NCBI GenBank assembly: GCA_951406725.2
Contig: OX597818.1
Location: forward strand, 109,678,001-109,742,000
From: Octopus vulgaris
Taxonomy: Eukaryota
DNA: 64,000 bases
Reading direction: 5' to 3'
Positions 30,394 through 42,550 of this stretch are shown here, one piece after another. The notes below the pieces were generated by a model. The model searched no databases. It had not been told where the DNA came from and saw only the letters and a program-made list of their open reading frames with translations. Within the stretch, counting starts at the first letter, position 1. Each line of letters opens with the position of its first letter. Position numbers and translations under genes: made by a program.

Positions 30394-30607
30394 AGGAATA
30401 GCTCTCATGACGTCATAATATTGCGCTTGTTTACGCAATAACAATGTTTTTGTAATGACGACAATTTTAATTAATTAAACGTCGCTTGTCTGGTTTCCTT
30501 TGCAGCCATTTTTGTATGAATTTTGGTAATGAAAGAACCTGTTTAAAGCGGGAATATTATTTTGATAATCCATCGCCAGATATTATGACGTCATCAGAAG
30601 TATTCCT
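30394..30607. mobile_element. MITE-like element with ~28-bp TIRs, each containing a CRE palindrome
   Basis: AGGAATAGCTCTCATGACGTCATAATAT ... ATATTATGACGTCATCAGAAGTATTCCT. Confidence 0.5.
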
Positions 30608-31999
30608 TGTGTGTTTTGTTATTTTTGCTTCTCACCTAAAGTCAAGTATCGATGTCTAACATCAACAGACGATCACAAATATTGGTTTCAAATTTTGGCA
30701 CAAGGCCAGCAATTTCGGAGCAGTGAGTAAGTCGATTACATCGACCTCGGTACACAGCTGGTACTTATTTTATCGAACCCGAAATGTTGAAAGGCAAAGA
30801 CGACCTCGGCAGAATTTGAACTCAAACCGTAAAGACGGACGAAATGACACCAAGCACTTTGTCCGGCGCGCCAACGATTCTGTCAGTTCCCTGTCTTAAG
30901 GACCACAAATAATAAGGAAAGGATCAACTGAGTGTAGAAGTATGTGATTGACTGGGGCACATCTCGTGGTCTTGAGGAACTTATGGATGCGGCATTAAAT
31001 TTTGTGAATTGACGTAAAGTGATGGTTGTCATTGATTTATTATTAAAATATGGCATAAGGCGGCGAGCTGGCAGAATCGTTAGGACGCCGGGCGGTCTGT
31101 CCTTGTTTGTCAAACGCTTAGCGGTATTTCGTCTGCCGCTACGTTCTGGGTTCAAATTCCGCCGTGGTCGACTTTGCCTTTCATCCTTTCTACATCGATA
31201 AGTTAAGTACCAGTTACGCACTTGGGTCGATATAATCGACTTAATACCTTTGTCTGTCCTTGTTTGTCCTCTCTGTGTTTAGCCCCTTGTGGGTAGTAAA
31301 GAAGTAGGTATTTCGTCTGCCTTTACGTTCTGAGTTCAAATTCCACCGAGGTTGATTTTGCCTTCCATCCTTTCGGGGTTGATAAATTACATACCAGTTG
31401 CGTACTGGGGTTGATCTAATCGACTGGTTCCCTCCTCCAAAATTCCGGGCCTTGTGCCTAGAATAGAAAAGATATATATAATTATGAGTGCTTTTTATAT
31501 ATCCCGAATTCTTATGAGAAGTCCTTCTAAGGTAAGTAACGCAGTGTTCTGTGTTGTCACACAACCTCCATGTTAAGTTGGAGGTCGCTTCTGTCGCCAT
31601 TAATTATCAGATAAAAATGTATGTTTTAGTAAAAACCATCATATCTTTTCTCAGAAATCAAACATCTTCGTAATTAACAACATAAAACAAACCACCCAGC
31701 CACACACACACATATCAACAGTCACAAACCAGTGTAATTTCTCAACTATTTTCGTCCTCTTTAATTTATGTCAGCGACAAAACAATGATGACAAAAAAAA
31801 ACAAAACAATTTCTTTGTTGTTGATTCACAAATATTTCCTCTGATTTATTCGTTGCTTGTTCAAAACTTGTGACTGTATTGTTTTATTATTGTGGTAATA
31901 AATAAACGTGTTTATTGGCCTTGCAAAAGCATCAGATGCTTTTAAACCCAACACTTAATTCTACTTGACTGACGCTTTGAAGATTAAACCAGACATTAC

Positions 32000-32036
<37 letters not shown>

Positions 32037-32547
32037 TAGTTGTATTACATTATATTTTAATACGGTATTGTGTTGTATTATATTGGCTTCGAATTTTGGT
32101 ACAAGGGGGTGGGGTGAGTTGATAACATCGACACCAGTGTTCAACTGGTACATTTTTTTATCGACTAGAGAAAGGATGAAAAGCAAAGTCGACCTCAGCC
32201 GAATTTGAACTCGCAACGTGAAGACGGACGAAATGCCGCTAAGCATTTCGTCCGGAGCGGTAACGATTCTGCCATCTCACCGCCTTAGGGTATATCGTTA
32301 TGTTATCGACGGTTATTAAGATATAGTGAAAGTGGTTCAAGGGTTTGGTAGACTCTTGAACGTTTCACCGGAAAGTCACGTGATGAATTCTAAGCGATAA
32401 AATTGTTGAGGATTGAGATGAGATTCTTGTTAGATCTAGGTCAAAGCTGACCTAGATTTTACTTGTTTCATTGGTTGAAATCAACGAAAAATATCTAATT
32501 GTTCTAGATATTTTAGAAATGAATTAGTGCTCTTTTATTTTACAACG

Positions 32548-32616
<69 letters not shown>

Positions 32617-32698
32617 CAGCAGATATACATATATGTATATGTGTATAAGGCGCTGGATTTTCATTGCACTGTTGGCAGGCACGTAGGCTGACGGTGTG

Positions 32699-32753
<55 letters not shown>

Positions 32754-32987
32754 CTATTTCTTTACAGCCCACAAGGGGCTAAACACAGAGAGGACAAACA
32801 AGGACAGACAAATGAATTACGTCTATTATATCGACCCCAGTGCGTAACTGGTACTTATTTAATCGACTCCGAAAGGATGAAAAGCAAAGTCGACCTCGGC
32901 AGAATTTAAACTCAGAACGTAACGGCAGACGAAATACAGCTACGCATTTCGCCTGGCGTGCTAACGTGTCTGCCAGCATGTCGCCTG

Positions 32988-33073
<86 letters not shown>

Positions 33074-33192
33074 ATCCATCTATCCATCTATCTATCTATC
33101 TATCTTTCTATCCATCTATCCATCTATCTATCCATCTATCCATCTATCCATCTAACTATCCATCTATCCATTTATCCATCTGTCTATCCATC

Positions 33193-33257
33193 TGTTGTGT
33201 GTAGTTTGGGTTCTAATGGGATAGACAACCAATTGAAAACCCAAACTACACACAACA
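33193..33257 (+). repeat. 65-bp fold-back in place of the 5' LTR
   Basis: Perfect 20-bp inverted repeat 33193-33212/33238-33257; first 49 bp are the reverse complement of the 3' LTR end. Confidence 0.85.
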
Positions 33258-33380
33258 TGGTGGCAGCGGTAAATAATTAATCGGGAACTGTGCCTTTAAA
33301 ACAAAACAGGAACACAACGAACGAGGAATTAACAAACAAAACATCGCTTCGTCTTCGGACAATAAACACGACGATCCAAG

Positions 33381-34571
33381 ATGGCGACCCCCGTCGCCGT
33401 ACAGATGAATCTACATCCGATTATGCACTGGGATTCTAGTGATGTCGTAGAAGCATTTAAAAAGTTCAAACAGAAAACTCAACTAGCTTTCAAAAGTTTC
33501 CTGAAAGGCACAACTGACGATGAAAAGGTAAGCTATATCCTTTTATGGTCAGGTAATAAAGGAATAGACCTATACAATAGCTGGGATATGTCAGAATCCG
33601 ACTGCAATAACCCAGACACACTTCTTGAGAAATTTGAAAGGCACCTAGAGCCCAGGTCGAACCATAGAATTCACAGATACGAATTCCAGGGCCTGAAACA
33701 AGCCCCACAAGAAACAATTGACAATTTCCTGTCAAGACTGAAAAATGTTGCAGAGAAATGCAAATTCAAAGACAGGGAGGAGAGACTTGTAGACCAATTA
33801 ATATGGGGGTGTGCCCAGAAAGAAGTACAAAAATCACTAATAGGTAAGGACGCTCTCCAGTTGGTAGAAGCAGTAGACACTGCAAGAGCATTCGAAGCCA
33901 CTACCAAACAAATGGCCTCACTTAGCTTACAAACACGCTCACTAGATAGCAGTGTAGATATTGTATCTAGGCACAGGACACATACCCACAAACAAAGAAC
34001 ATGCCAGTACTGTGGTACAGACTGCAAAGGATGTGGAAAACTTAACCACTGGAAAAAAATGTGTAGGGTAACAAAATCCCAGAGATACAAGCCCCAATTT
34101 TCAAAGAGGAGCAGAAATAGAAGGGATATACATGCACAACAACAGGAACAAAACACCTCAGAGGAGGAATTCTTAGCAATCGGCATAATAAATGTGCATG
34201 AGATGGGAAAGGACGGCCGGAAGAAAGAAGATGAGGCATACACGACAATAAGAATTCAAAAGAAGGCCGGAAGGAAAAGAACAAACATAGACTTAAGGCT
34301 GAAGATAGACACTGGGGCCCAGAGTGATATCTTGCCTGTCAGTTTATACAAGAAGATGTTCCCAGAAAATATGACAGAAGAGGATAGGGTCAGGAAAGGA
34401 ATCCTCACACCAAGTGATGTGGTCCTCACTGCGTACGGAGGTACCAGGATTCCACAACTGGGGAAAACAACGATTGGGGGACACACAAAAGGAAAACAAT
34501 CGAGTGTACATTTTATGTCACAAGAACAGAAGGCCCAGCAATTCTTGGACTCAATACCTGCAAAAAGCTAA
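33381..34571 (+). CDS. gag: Gag plus N-terminal protease (frameshifted near 34480)
   Basis: Zinc knuckle CKGCGKLNHWKKMC preceded by a truncated first knuckle CQYCG; aspartic protease KIDTGAQSDIL; the PAILG motif continues in the next frame. Confidence 0.85.
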   Translation: MATPVAVQMNLHPIMHWDSSDVVEAFKKFKQKTQLAFKSFLKGTTDDEKVSYILLWSGNKGIDLYNSWDMSESDCNNPDTLLEKFERHLEPRSNHRIHRYEFQGLKQAPQETIDNFLSRLKNVAEKCKFKDREERLVDQLIWGCAQKEVQKSLIGKDALQLVEAVDTARAFEATTKQMASLSLQTRSLDSSVDIVSRHRTHTHKQRTCQYCGTDCKGCGKLNHWKKMCRVTKSQRYKPQFSKRSRNRRDIHAQQQEQNTSEEEFLAIGIINVHEMGKDGRKKEDEAYTTIRIQKKAGRKRTNIDLRLKIDTGAQSDILPVSLYKKMFPENMTEEDRVRKGILTPSDVVLTAYGGTRIPQLGKTTIGGHTKGKQSSVHFMSQEQKAQQFLDSIPAKS

Positions 34572-34594
34572 AGATTGTATCAATCAATGCTGAA

Positions 34595-35890
34595 GTGAAA
34601 GCAGCTCCAAGCAGGATTGACAGTGATATGCCTATCAAAGATCGACCACAAATCACAAACAAAGAGGAACTGATAAGCATGTACCCTGAATGCTTTGACG
34701 ATACAGTCGGGTGCTTTGTGAAATGTCGATATCATATAACAGTCGACCCCAATATCAAACCAATTGTTCACCCACCTCGCCGCGTCCCTCTAGAACTAAA
34801 AGAGAAGCTGAAGACAGAGTTGGACAAAATGGAAAAAAAGGAAATAATCACCAAAGTGACACGACCAACAGACTGGGTAAATTCAATTGTGATCAAGGAA
34901 AAACCCAATGGTACCCTACGGATATGCCTCGACCCAAGGGACTTGAACAAGGCATTAAAAAGGGAGTACCATCCAATTCCAACCCTTGAAGAAATCACAC
35001 CATCATTGGCTGGATCCGAAATATTCAGCAAACTGGATGCCAGCAATTGGTACTGGAATATAAAAATAGACAAAGAGTCATCCATGCTCACTACCTTCAA
35101 CACACCATTTGGCAGATATCGGTTCAACCGACTCCCATTTGGATTGAAGGTGAGCCAAGATGTTTTCCAGCGCCAAATAGAGGAGACATACAAAGGCTGC
35201 AAGGGAGCAATTGGAATAGCAGATGACATCCAAGTGCATGGCAAGGATAAGACCACACATGACTTCAATTTACATGAAGCTATGGAGAAAACCCGACAAG
35301 CAGGCATCAAACTCAATGCAGAAAAGTGTATAATAAAAGAAAAGGAGTGCAAATTCTTTGGAATTATATACTCTGCAGAGGGAGTTAAGCCAGACCCCGC
35401 TAAAGTGGAAGCCATCAGAGACATTAAAGATCCTAAAGACAGGAAGGAACTCAGGAGCTTCCTGGGACTCATCAACTACATGGGAGCCTTCATACCCAAG
35501 CTGGCCGATCACACTGCAAATCTCCGAGAACTAAACAGAGATGACGTAGAGTTTGATTGGTGTGCTTCACACACACATGATTTCAACACAATCAAAAAGC
35601 TCATCAGTAAGGAGACAACTCTGCAATACTATGACAGACGGAAGCCAGTAACACTCCAAGTCGATGCTTCTATGAGAGGAGTTGGCACAGCACTGATACA
35701 GGAAGGTAAACCCATTGCATATGCCTCGAAAGCTCTCTCACCCACAGAGACAAGGTGCGCGAATATTGAAAGGGAACTCCTGGCAGTAGTATATGGATGC
35801 GAAAAGTTCCATACATACCTGTATGGCAGACATTTCAATATAGAAACAGACCATCGCCCGCTAGAACAAATACATAGAAAAACCTCATGA
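34595..35890 (+). CDS. pol: Pol: reverse transcriptase and RNase H
   Basis: LRICLDPRDLN, KLDAS, RLPFGL, GIADDI; RNase H DAS..ERELLA..TDHRPL; frameshift in the A-run near 35880. Confidence 0.95.
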   Translation: MKAAPSRIDSDMPIKDRPQITNKEELISMYPECFDDTVGCFVKCRYHITVDPNIKPIVHPPRRVPLELKEKLKTELDKMEKKEIITKVTRPTDWVNSIVIKEKPNGTLRICLDPRDLNKALKREYHPIPTLEEITPSLAGSEIFSKLDASNWYWNIKIDKESSMLTTFNTPFGRYRFNRLPFGLKVSQDVFQRQIEETYKGCKGAIGIADDIQVHGKDKTTHDFNLHEAMEKTRQAGIKLNAEKCIIKEKECKFFGIIYSAEGVKPDPAKVEAIRDIKDPKDRKELRSFLGLINYMGAFIPKLADHTANLRELNRDDVEFDWCASHTHDFNTIKKLISKETTLQYYDRRKPVTLQVDASMRGVGTALIQEGKPIAYASKALSPTETRCANIERELLAVVYGCEKFHTYLYGRHFNIETDHRPLEQIHRKTS

Positions 35891-37362
35891 AAGCACCAGC
35901 CAGACTGCAAAGATTACTGTTAAGGCTTCAAACATATGACTATGATATCGGGTACAAGCCAGGAAAAGACATGATATTGGCGGATGCTCTTTCCAGACTA
36001 TCCTCACATGATAAACAGGAGATGGAAGGACTGAGCATAAAGGTCCACCACATTGTAAATGTGACAACCACAAAGCTAGCGGAAATCAAAGAGGAGACCA
36101 GCAAAGATGAAGAGCTTCAGCTCCTTACTCAGATGGTGATTCAGGGGTGGCCAGAAAAGAGACATCAGGTACAACCCCTGATTCGTGAATATTGGGCCAT
36201 CCATGATGATATATCAGTGGAGAATGGGATCCTGATGGCTGGATCCCGAATAATTATACCCAAGTCAATGCAAGAAGAGATTCTTGACAAGATCCACCAA
36301 GGGCATCTCGGAATGGAAAAATGCAAGCTCCGAGCCAAGTCAGCAGTATATTGGGTAGGCATGTACAAAGACATAGAAAAGACAGTTTCTACATGCCACA
36401 TTTGTCAAAAGTACAGAAACTCACAACAAAAGGAAGAAATGATATCTAGTGACATCCCAAGAAGGCCATGGCAAACTATTGGAGTAGATCTGTTCACAGA
36501 GGGCCAAGAATGGTATTTGATAATAGCCTGCTACTACTCTAAATTTCCATTTGTGAGAAAAGTGAAAGACCTGACAGCCAAAACAATCACTACAGTGGCT
36601 CGAGGACTCCTAGCAGAGCAAGGAATACCAGAGCAGATCATATGTGACAATGGAACCCAGTTCACATCACAAGAATTCAAAAAGCTAGCCGATGAGTATG
36701 GGTTCAATATTACAACTTCATCTCCACACTACCCCAAAGGTCATGGGTTTATAGAAAGACAGGTGCAGACAGTGAAGAGAACACTAGTCAAATGCCGAGA
36801 GACTAAGGAAGACCCACACCTGGCACTTCTGTCCCTACGAGCGACACCACTGAGAGCTGATATGAAATCCCCAGCAGAATTGCTGAATGGCAGGAAGTAT
36901 AAAACTACCCTGCCAACTAAGATCCAACCTCCTATTGACCAGGAAGAGACAAGGGCAAAGCTAGCAGCCACTCAAGAACAATCACAGAGGTATTACAACA
37001 AACATGAACAATATTTACCTGAGATACTTGGAGGACAACATGTGCATACTCAAGATCCCATAACTAAAACATGGATCCCAGCAAAGGTTGTCAGTAGAGC
37101 TGAAACTCCAAGATCGTATATAATAGAAACGGAATCTGGTAGGCAGCTGAGACGCAACAGGGCCCACATCCGCCCAACATCAGAGCTGTCGAGGAAAACG
37201 TGTACAACACCTGCTGCATTGGTGACAACACCCACAGAATCATCACCCCAACGGGCACAAACCACATATCAGCAGCCCAACAACACACCTCAGACACCGG
37301 TGCGAAGCACAAGATCCACCAGATGGAGAAAGAACATTCTGCCACCGGTTCGATACCATTAA
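35887..37362 (+). CDS. pol: Pol: integrase
   Basis: HHCC (HQGH..CHIC) and DDE (GVDLF, CDNG, FIER). Confidence 0.95.
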   Translation: MKAPARLQRLLLRLQTYDYDIGYKPGKDMILADALSRLSSHDKQEMEGLSIKVHHIVNVTTTKLAEIKEETSKDEELQLLTQMVIQGWPEKRHQVQPLIREYWAIHDDISVENGILMAGSRIIIPKSMQEEILDKIHQGHLGMEKCKLRAKSAVYWVGMYKDIEKTVSTCHICQKYRNSQQKEEMISSDIPRRPWQTIGVDLFTEGQEWYLIIACYYSKFPFVRKVKDLTAKTITTVARGLLAEQGIPEQIICDNGTQFTSQEFKKLADEYGFNITTSSPHYPKGHGFIERQVQTVKRTLVKCRETKEDPHLALLSLRATPLRADMKSPAELLNGRKYKTTLPTKIQPPIDQEETRAKLAATQEQSQRYYNKHEQYLPEILGGQHVHTQDPITKTWIPAKVVSRAETPRSYIIETESGRQLRRNRAHIRPTSELSRKTCTTPAALVTTPTESSPQRAQTTYQQPNNTPQTPVRSTRSTRWRKNILPPVRYH

Positions 37363-37550
37363 AGAAAAAAAAAAGGAAATGAAAAGAGAAGTATCTAATT
37401 CAGCTAGACTACAAAACAGAGGCAGAATAATCTCACGACTTCTGCTGTAGGATTGCCACCTCAGGCTGACAACCCATGGAGCAAGGGAGACTACTCATAG
37501 TTGTCTTCACTGCCAGAAGACCCCTTTTATTTTTTTTCAAGAAGAAGGGA

Positions 37551-37768
37551 TGTTACACATTCATATCTATGTGTTTGCGTATGCCAAACTACATCCCCAC
37601 TCTTGGCACTATTTTGTTAGTGAACAGTACAACTGTGTGTAAAGTATATAATGTATTACTACGCTGAATGTCGTCGTCCGTGTATCATGAATAGTCAATA
37701 AACACGTAACAATAACAATGGTTTTCTTTTGGTTGTCTATCCCATTAGAACACAAACTACGCATAACA
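37551..37768 (+). repeat. 3' LTR (218 bp)
   Basis: TGTTA..TAACA immediately after the PPT; TATATAA 37645-37651, AATAAA 37697-37702. Confidence 0.9.
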
Positions 37769-37770
37769 CC

Positions 37771-37833
<63 letters not shown>

Positions 37834-38299
37834 CATGTATCCATCTATCCATCTATCCATCTAGCCACCTTGAGTATAATCATATGAACCCAGAAATTGA
37901 AAACAGAGGGTTACCCACTTGCAAACAAATGTGGTAACATATAACAATATTGACCGAGGTTACCGTGGTCTTTTTCGTAGGCTTTTCTTCCCACGGATAA
38001 ACCTTATCTGCTTCCCCCTTTACACCGTACATCATGACACTGTGATACACGATCCCTATTGATCGTTTTTTTCCTCTTCCCCTTTTTTCTTCTTTTTTCC
38101 TTTTCTTTTCTCTTATTTCTTTTCCTTTCTTTCTTTTTTTTCTTTTTTCCTTTTTACGATCCCTTTTGATCGAAAACCTACGCCCCTTTTTTCTGTTTCT
38201 TTTTTTTTTTGATTTTTGTTTTTTTCATCCCCCAAAAGAAAAGCTCTACCTTGTAATTTTTCCCATCTGTGTGCAGCCCTGTGTGGCCAATAAAGAAAC

Positions 38300-38385
<86 letters not shown>

Positions 38386-39179
38386 GTGTGTCGATCGATC
38401 TCTCAGTCTGTTTGTTTACCTTCCTGCTTGTCTGTCTGTATGTATATTTGTCTGTGTGTTTTTATGTCTGTGTGTATGAGTGTCTGAGTAAATATACACA
38501 CAAATAAGCAAATATAGGCATTCCGTGACACACACAGAGACACCTCTTCCCAATCATGTGATCCCCCGGTTGCGTGCACTCACATCCAGATGTTGTAAAC
38601 AATGAGATTAGAAATTGTGGATCAGAGATGAATATCATTTGCAAACTTTAGACCGTTCGCTATCTTGTTTGGAGTGGGTTGGTGGCGTGGGGGTTGGGGG
38701 TTCGTAGAGGGAAAGACACAAAAAAAGGCGTGGCTGTGTGATAAGAAGTTTGCTTACCAGCCACATGGTTCCGGGTTCTAGTATAGCCTCGGGCTGACCA
38801 AAGACTTGTCAGTGAATTACCTCACGTTGTTTTGCAATCACTTGGACACCTGACGCGTGACACACCGTGCACCTGTTCAGACAACGTCGGTTTGTTGTGG
38901 CGGCCCATCTGAGGGGAGCTACTTATATATATATATATATATATAAATCTCTAAGCGAGGTATAAACAGTAACTGCTCTGTAATATAAGCGGGACCGCCC
39001 TGTCCCTAGCCACATTCAGATGGCTGGTCCCGCTTATATATATATATATATATATATGTGTAATGAATCTTGCAGACATGAAATGGATTCGGTCCACCAT
39101 AGCCAACTTTCAAGAAACCGTTCAACAGACTGTTCTCACGGTGGAACAATAGTTTTTCTGTGACAGTTTACATTTGTCA

Positions 39180-39385
39180 GATGTAAACACCCATGTTTTC
39201 AGAGGCGAATTATCAAAATCCCAAAGAATTCCTCTCAACAAACGGCTATAATACTTCCCCACTACTTCTGTTCGTGATCAGAGATGCACATTTCGTCAGC
39301 CACTAAGGGACATGCTCAACTGGTTAAGGGCAAACAACTGACAAGCAAATCTGTGGTATTGACCAGAATGTTTGCTGTACAACCA
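39180..39385. mobile_element. Interspersed repeat family C (unclassified)
   Basis: Inverted homologous copy at 57780-57985. Confidence 0.7.
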
Positions 39386-39401
39386 GAGTTCCTACGCAAA
39401 C

Positions 39402-39448
<47 letters not shown>

Positions 39449-40024
39449 GCATCTTCTTTCAATTCTGTTTCCATTTTTTGCCGAGTGTCTTCCTCAACAG
39501 AGAGAGTGCCGACGAGGCTCATATGGACGCAAAGATCGACTCCCAATCGATCGCATGACCCTTGAAAACTCATAACAAACGCAGTTATACACGGATTGAT
39601 TACAAAAAGGTCTTCGTCAGCATACCTTCCCCCCCCCCTTTATTTTATTATTTACTTTTCTATTTTTTCTTTTTTTTCTTTTTTCTCTCTGTCTCCCTCT
39701 TTTTCTCTATCACATGATTCTGTAAATGACCAATCTGGTGTGCTTGTTTTAAGGGTCTACCAATGTGTACAGTGCGTTTCTCTGCCCTAGGGGTCAGGAA
39801 GACACTCGGCAAGATAAATTAAGTATGAGTGGAACACTGGGGTCGACATCATCGGCTAGTCCCCACCCCAACAAAATTTCAGGCCCTGTGCCTTTAATAG
39901 AAAGGATTATTCTTATAATTATTACTGAGGCGATGACTTGGCAAGAATCGTTAGCACGTCGGACAAAATGCTTAGCGGCATTTCGTCCGTTCTGGTTTAC
40001 GTTCTGAGAAGGAGGAGGAGGAGA

Positions 40025-40065
<41 letters not shown>

Positions 40066-41838
40066 CTCATTGATCGTTTGAAATTAACTTTAATATTAAA
40101 CAACATTAATTTTTGACTTCATTCTCTTGAAGGAATCCCAAGATTCCTCCGAGTAAAATAGTGTAAAATATTTTAAAAAGAATTATTCGTGTGTTTCAGA
40201 ATTCGTGTGTGTGTGTGTGTGTGTGTGTGTTTTTTGTATTCTTGTTCTTGTTTTTCATTCTTCTGGTATGGTTAATTTATTCTAATTATATCGAAAGTTA
40301 ATTGTGCGTTTTCAGTGTTTTTTTTCTCGAGAAATTCTCAGTTTAACATGGCATTATAAAACAGATCAAATATACATTAATAGTCCCATTGTTTGCGGCC
40401 ACCACCACCACCACCACCGCCGCCACAACCGCCTCAAAAAATGTAAGCAAAAACAAAGCCAACAAATGCCATCATCATCATCATCATCATCATCAACAAC
40501 AACAACATCAATCCAAGTCGACAACCTCAGCATCCGGGAGATTATCATGTGCGAGCAGCCGTTTCCTGTTGACGCCAATGAGACAAACAGAAATACTGAA
40601 GGTGGAAAAGCAAAGTTATTTAAGTGGATTAAACTGATTATATTTAATTAAAGTTAATGAGCGAAATCTTGCCATGGGACATTCCACCTTCTATACTCCC
40701 CCCCTCGCCTCCTGTTAATATCCCAGTCTGTTATAGCTTCATGGCAGAGCAGCCTGCAGCCAACTTCGATTCAAAGTGTTTCAATGATTTGCTTGAGAAG
40801 GCTTGGCCTAAATTCTGGCGTGTGTCTAACACGAGATGATTGGCCTAATATTTATTTCTTTACTACCCACAAGGGGCTAAACATAGAGGGGGACAAACAC
40901 GGACAGACATAAGGTATTAAGTCGACTACATCGACCCCAGTGCGTAACTGGTACTTAATTTATCGACCCCGAAAGGATGAAAGGCAAAGTCGACCTCGGC
41001 GGAATTTGAACTCAGAACGTAACTGCAGACGAAATACGGCTACGCATTTCGCCCGGCGTGCTAACGTTTCAGCCAGCTCGCCGCCTTAATATTGCGTGGG
41101 GATTGCCTAATATTGCGTGGGGATTGCCCCCTACGCTCAATGCTGTTTCGTTTTTTTTAACGATAGGTGGTCGGCCTTATTATAAGGGGTGTGTCTCAAC
41201 CGTTACCGATCATAGTTTATATTTCCTGATAGTGAAGTGCTTTCCGCGGAGTTTCCGAACATCAAGCGTGAAACGCAGCTTTTATCTTTTATATTCTTCA
41301 GTCATTAGACTACGGCCATGCTGGGGCACCGACTTGAAGAAGTTTTAGTCGAATGAATCGATTCCAATACTTTTTCTTTTAAGTTCTTCTATCGGTCTCT
41401 ATGGCCGAACCACTAAGTTATGGGGACGTAAACAAACCCATGCCGGTTGTCAATCAGTGATGGACACATACACACATACGATGCGCTTCTTTCAGTTCCG
41501 TTCATAAGGCTTTGGTCGACCGGAGGCTATAGCAGAAGACTCTTACCCAAGGTGCCGCGCAATGGGACTGAACCCAGAACCATGTGGTTGGGAAGTAAGC
41601 TTCTTGCCACACAGACCTACCTTCGTCAATCTCTATAATCCTTTGGATAAAACAAGGGTTGGCAAGGTTCGTGAATGCTGTCACTTGCTTTCTGATGAAT
41701 AAGTTTTTTTTTTAAGAACATCGTGAAAACATTTCTATTCTGATTAGAACTTATTAGAAATCTCACATAACTGTTTGTATTATATCCTTCAAAAGACTTT
41801 GTCCATCACATTCAATTAGTTATTATCAATAACTATTA

Positions 41839-41985
41839 ATTATGTACATTATTTACATTTGATGGATATTTGTCCTCATCTTTCTTATTGCTTACACAAC
41901 GTTTTGGCTGATATACCCTCCAGCTTTCATCAGGTGTCTTGGGGGAATTTCGAACCTGGGTTCTCGTTCCTAAGGTATTTTTCGA

Positions 41986-42026
<41 letters not shown>

Positions 42027-42120
42027 TCACTGCCTGGAATCGAACTCGAAATGTTAGGGTTAGTAGCCCGCGCTCTTAACCACTGCCCCATATGCCCACG
42101 GGCATATGGCGTAGTGGTTA
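41839..42120 (-). mobile_element. tRNA-headed SINE-like element with hammerhead-like tail and 5' fold-back
   Basis: tRNA-like head 42097-42025 (A box, CTACTAA loop, GAGTTCGATTCC B box), (AAT)n, hammerhead 41894-41937 with GAAA mutated to AAAA; homologous to 188-350. Confidence 0.75.
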
Positions 42121-42550
42121 ATTACTTACCTAGATACTATAGTACCTGTTGGGACTAGAAATAATTATCGATGATAAACTAAAATATTCACAAGTGTCTA
42201 ATCGTTCAGTTGTTTACAAACAAATACATCTTTATCAACAGTTAAGGGAGTAAGGCCTCTATTTCCTTTGTTGTTGTATTTTCAATGTGGACCTTGAATT
42301 CTAAAGATATCAATCATGTTGATCTTGCCCGTACGACATTCGACCTTAAATTGAACTATATACCTTCCCTACTGATTCACACCGCGAAATAGAGTCACCA
42401 AGGGTGTATATGTCACTGCTAAATATATATCCACTCCATAAGCAAGGCATTTTCCGGTTAATTTGAGCATTGAACGTAAACCGACTCACTTTTAATTTCT
42501 GATAATGAATAATGTCAGATTATCTTGTAATAATATCCATGATGTCCTCT

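Larger units (their letters stand above)
33193..37768 (+). mobile_element. Ty3/Gypsy LTR retrotransposon (Mag-like), nearly intact
   Basis: TG..CA termini, CCATC 5-bp direct repeat flanks, PBS TGGTGGCAGCGGT 33258-33270 (tRNA-Leu 3' complement), PPT AAGAAGAAGGGA 37539-37550, gag-PR-RT-RH-IN order. Confidence 0.95.

Noticed and set aside
34768-35475. 235-aa antisense ORF within Gypsy pol (also 33671-34243)
   Set aside because: Shadow ORFs arising from sense-strand codon bias; no motifs
42025-42097. Functional tRNA gene
   Set aside because: Acceptor and T stems pair poorly and it continues into a repeat body; treated as a SINE head
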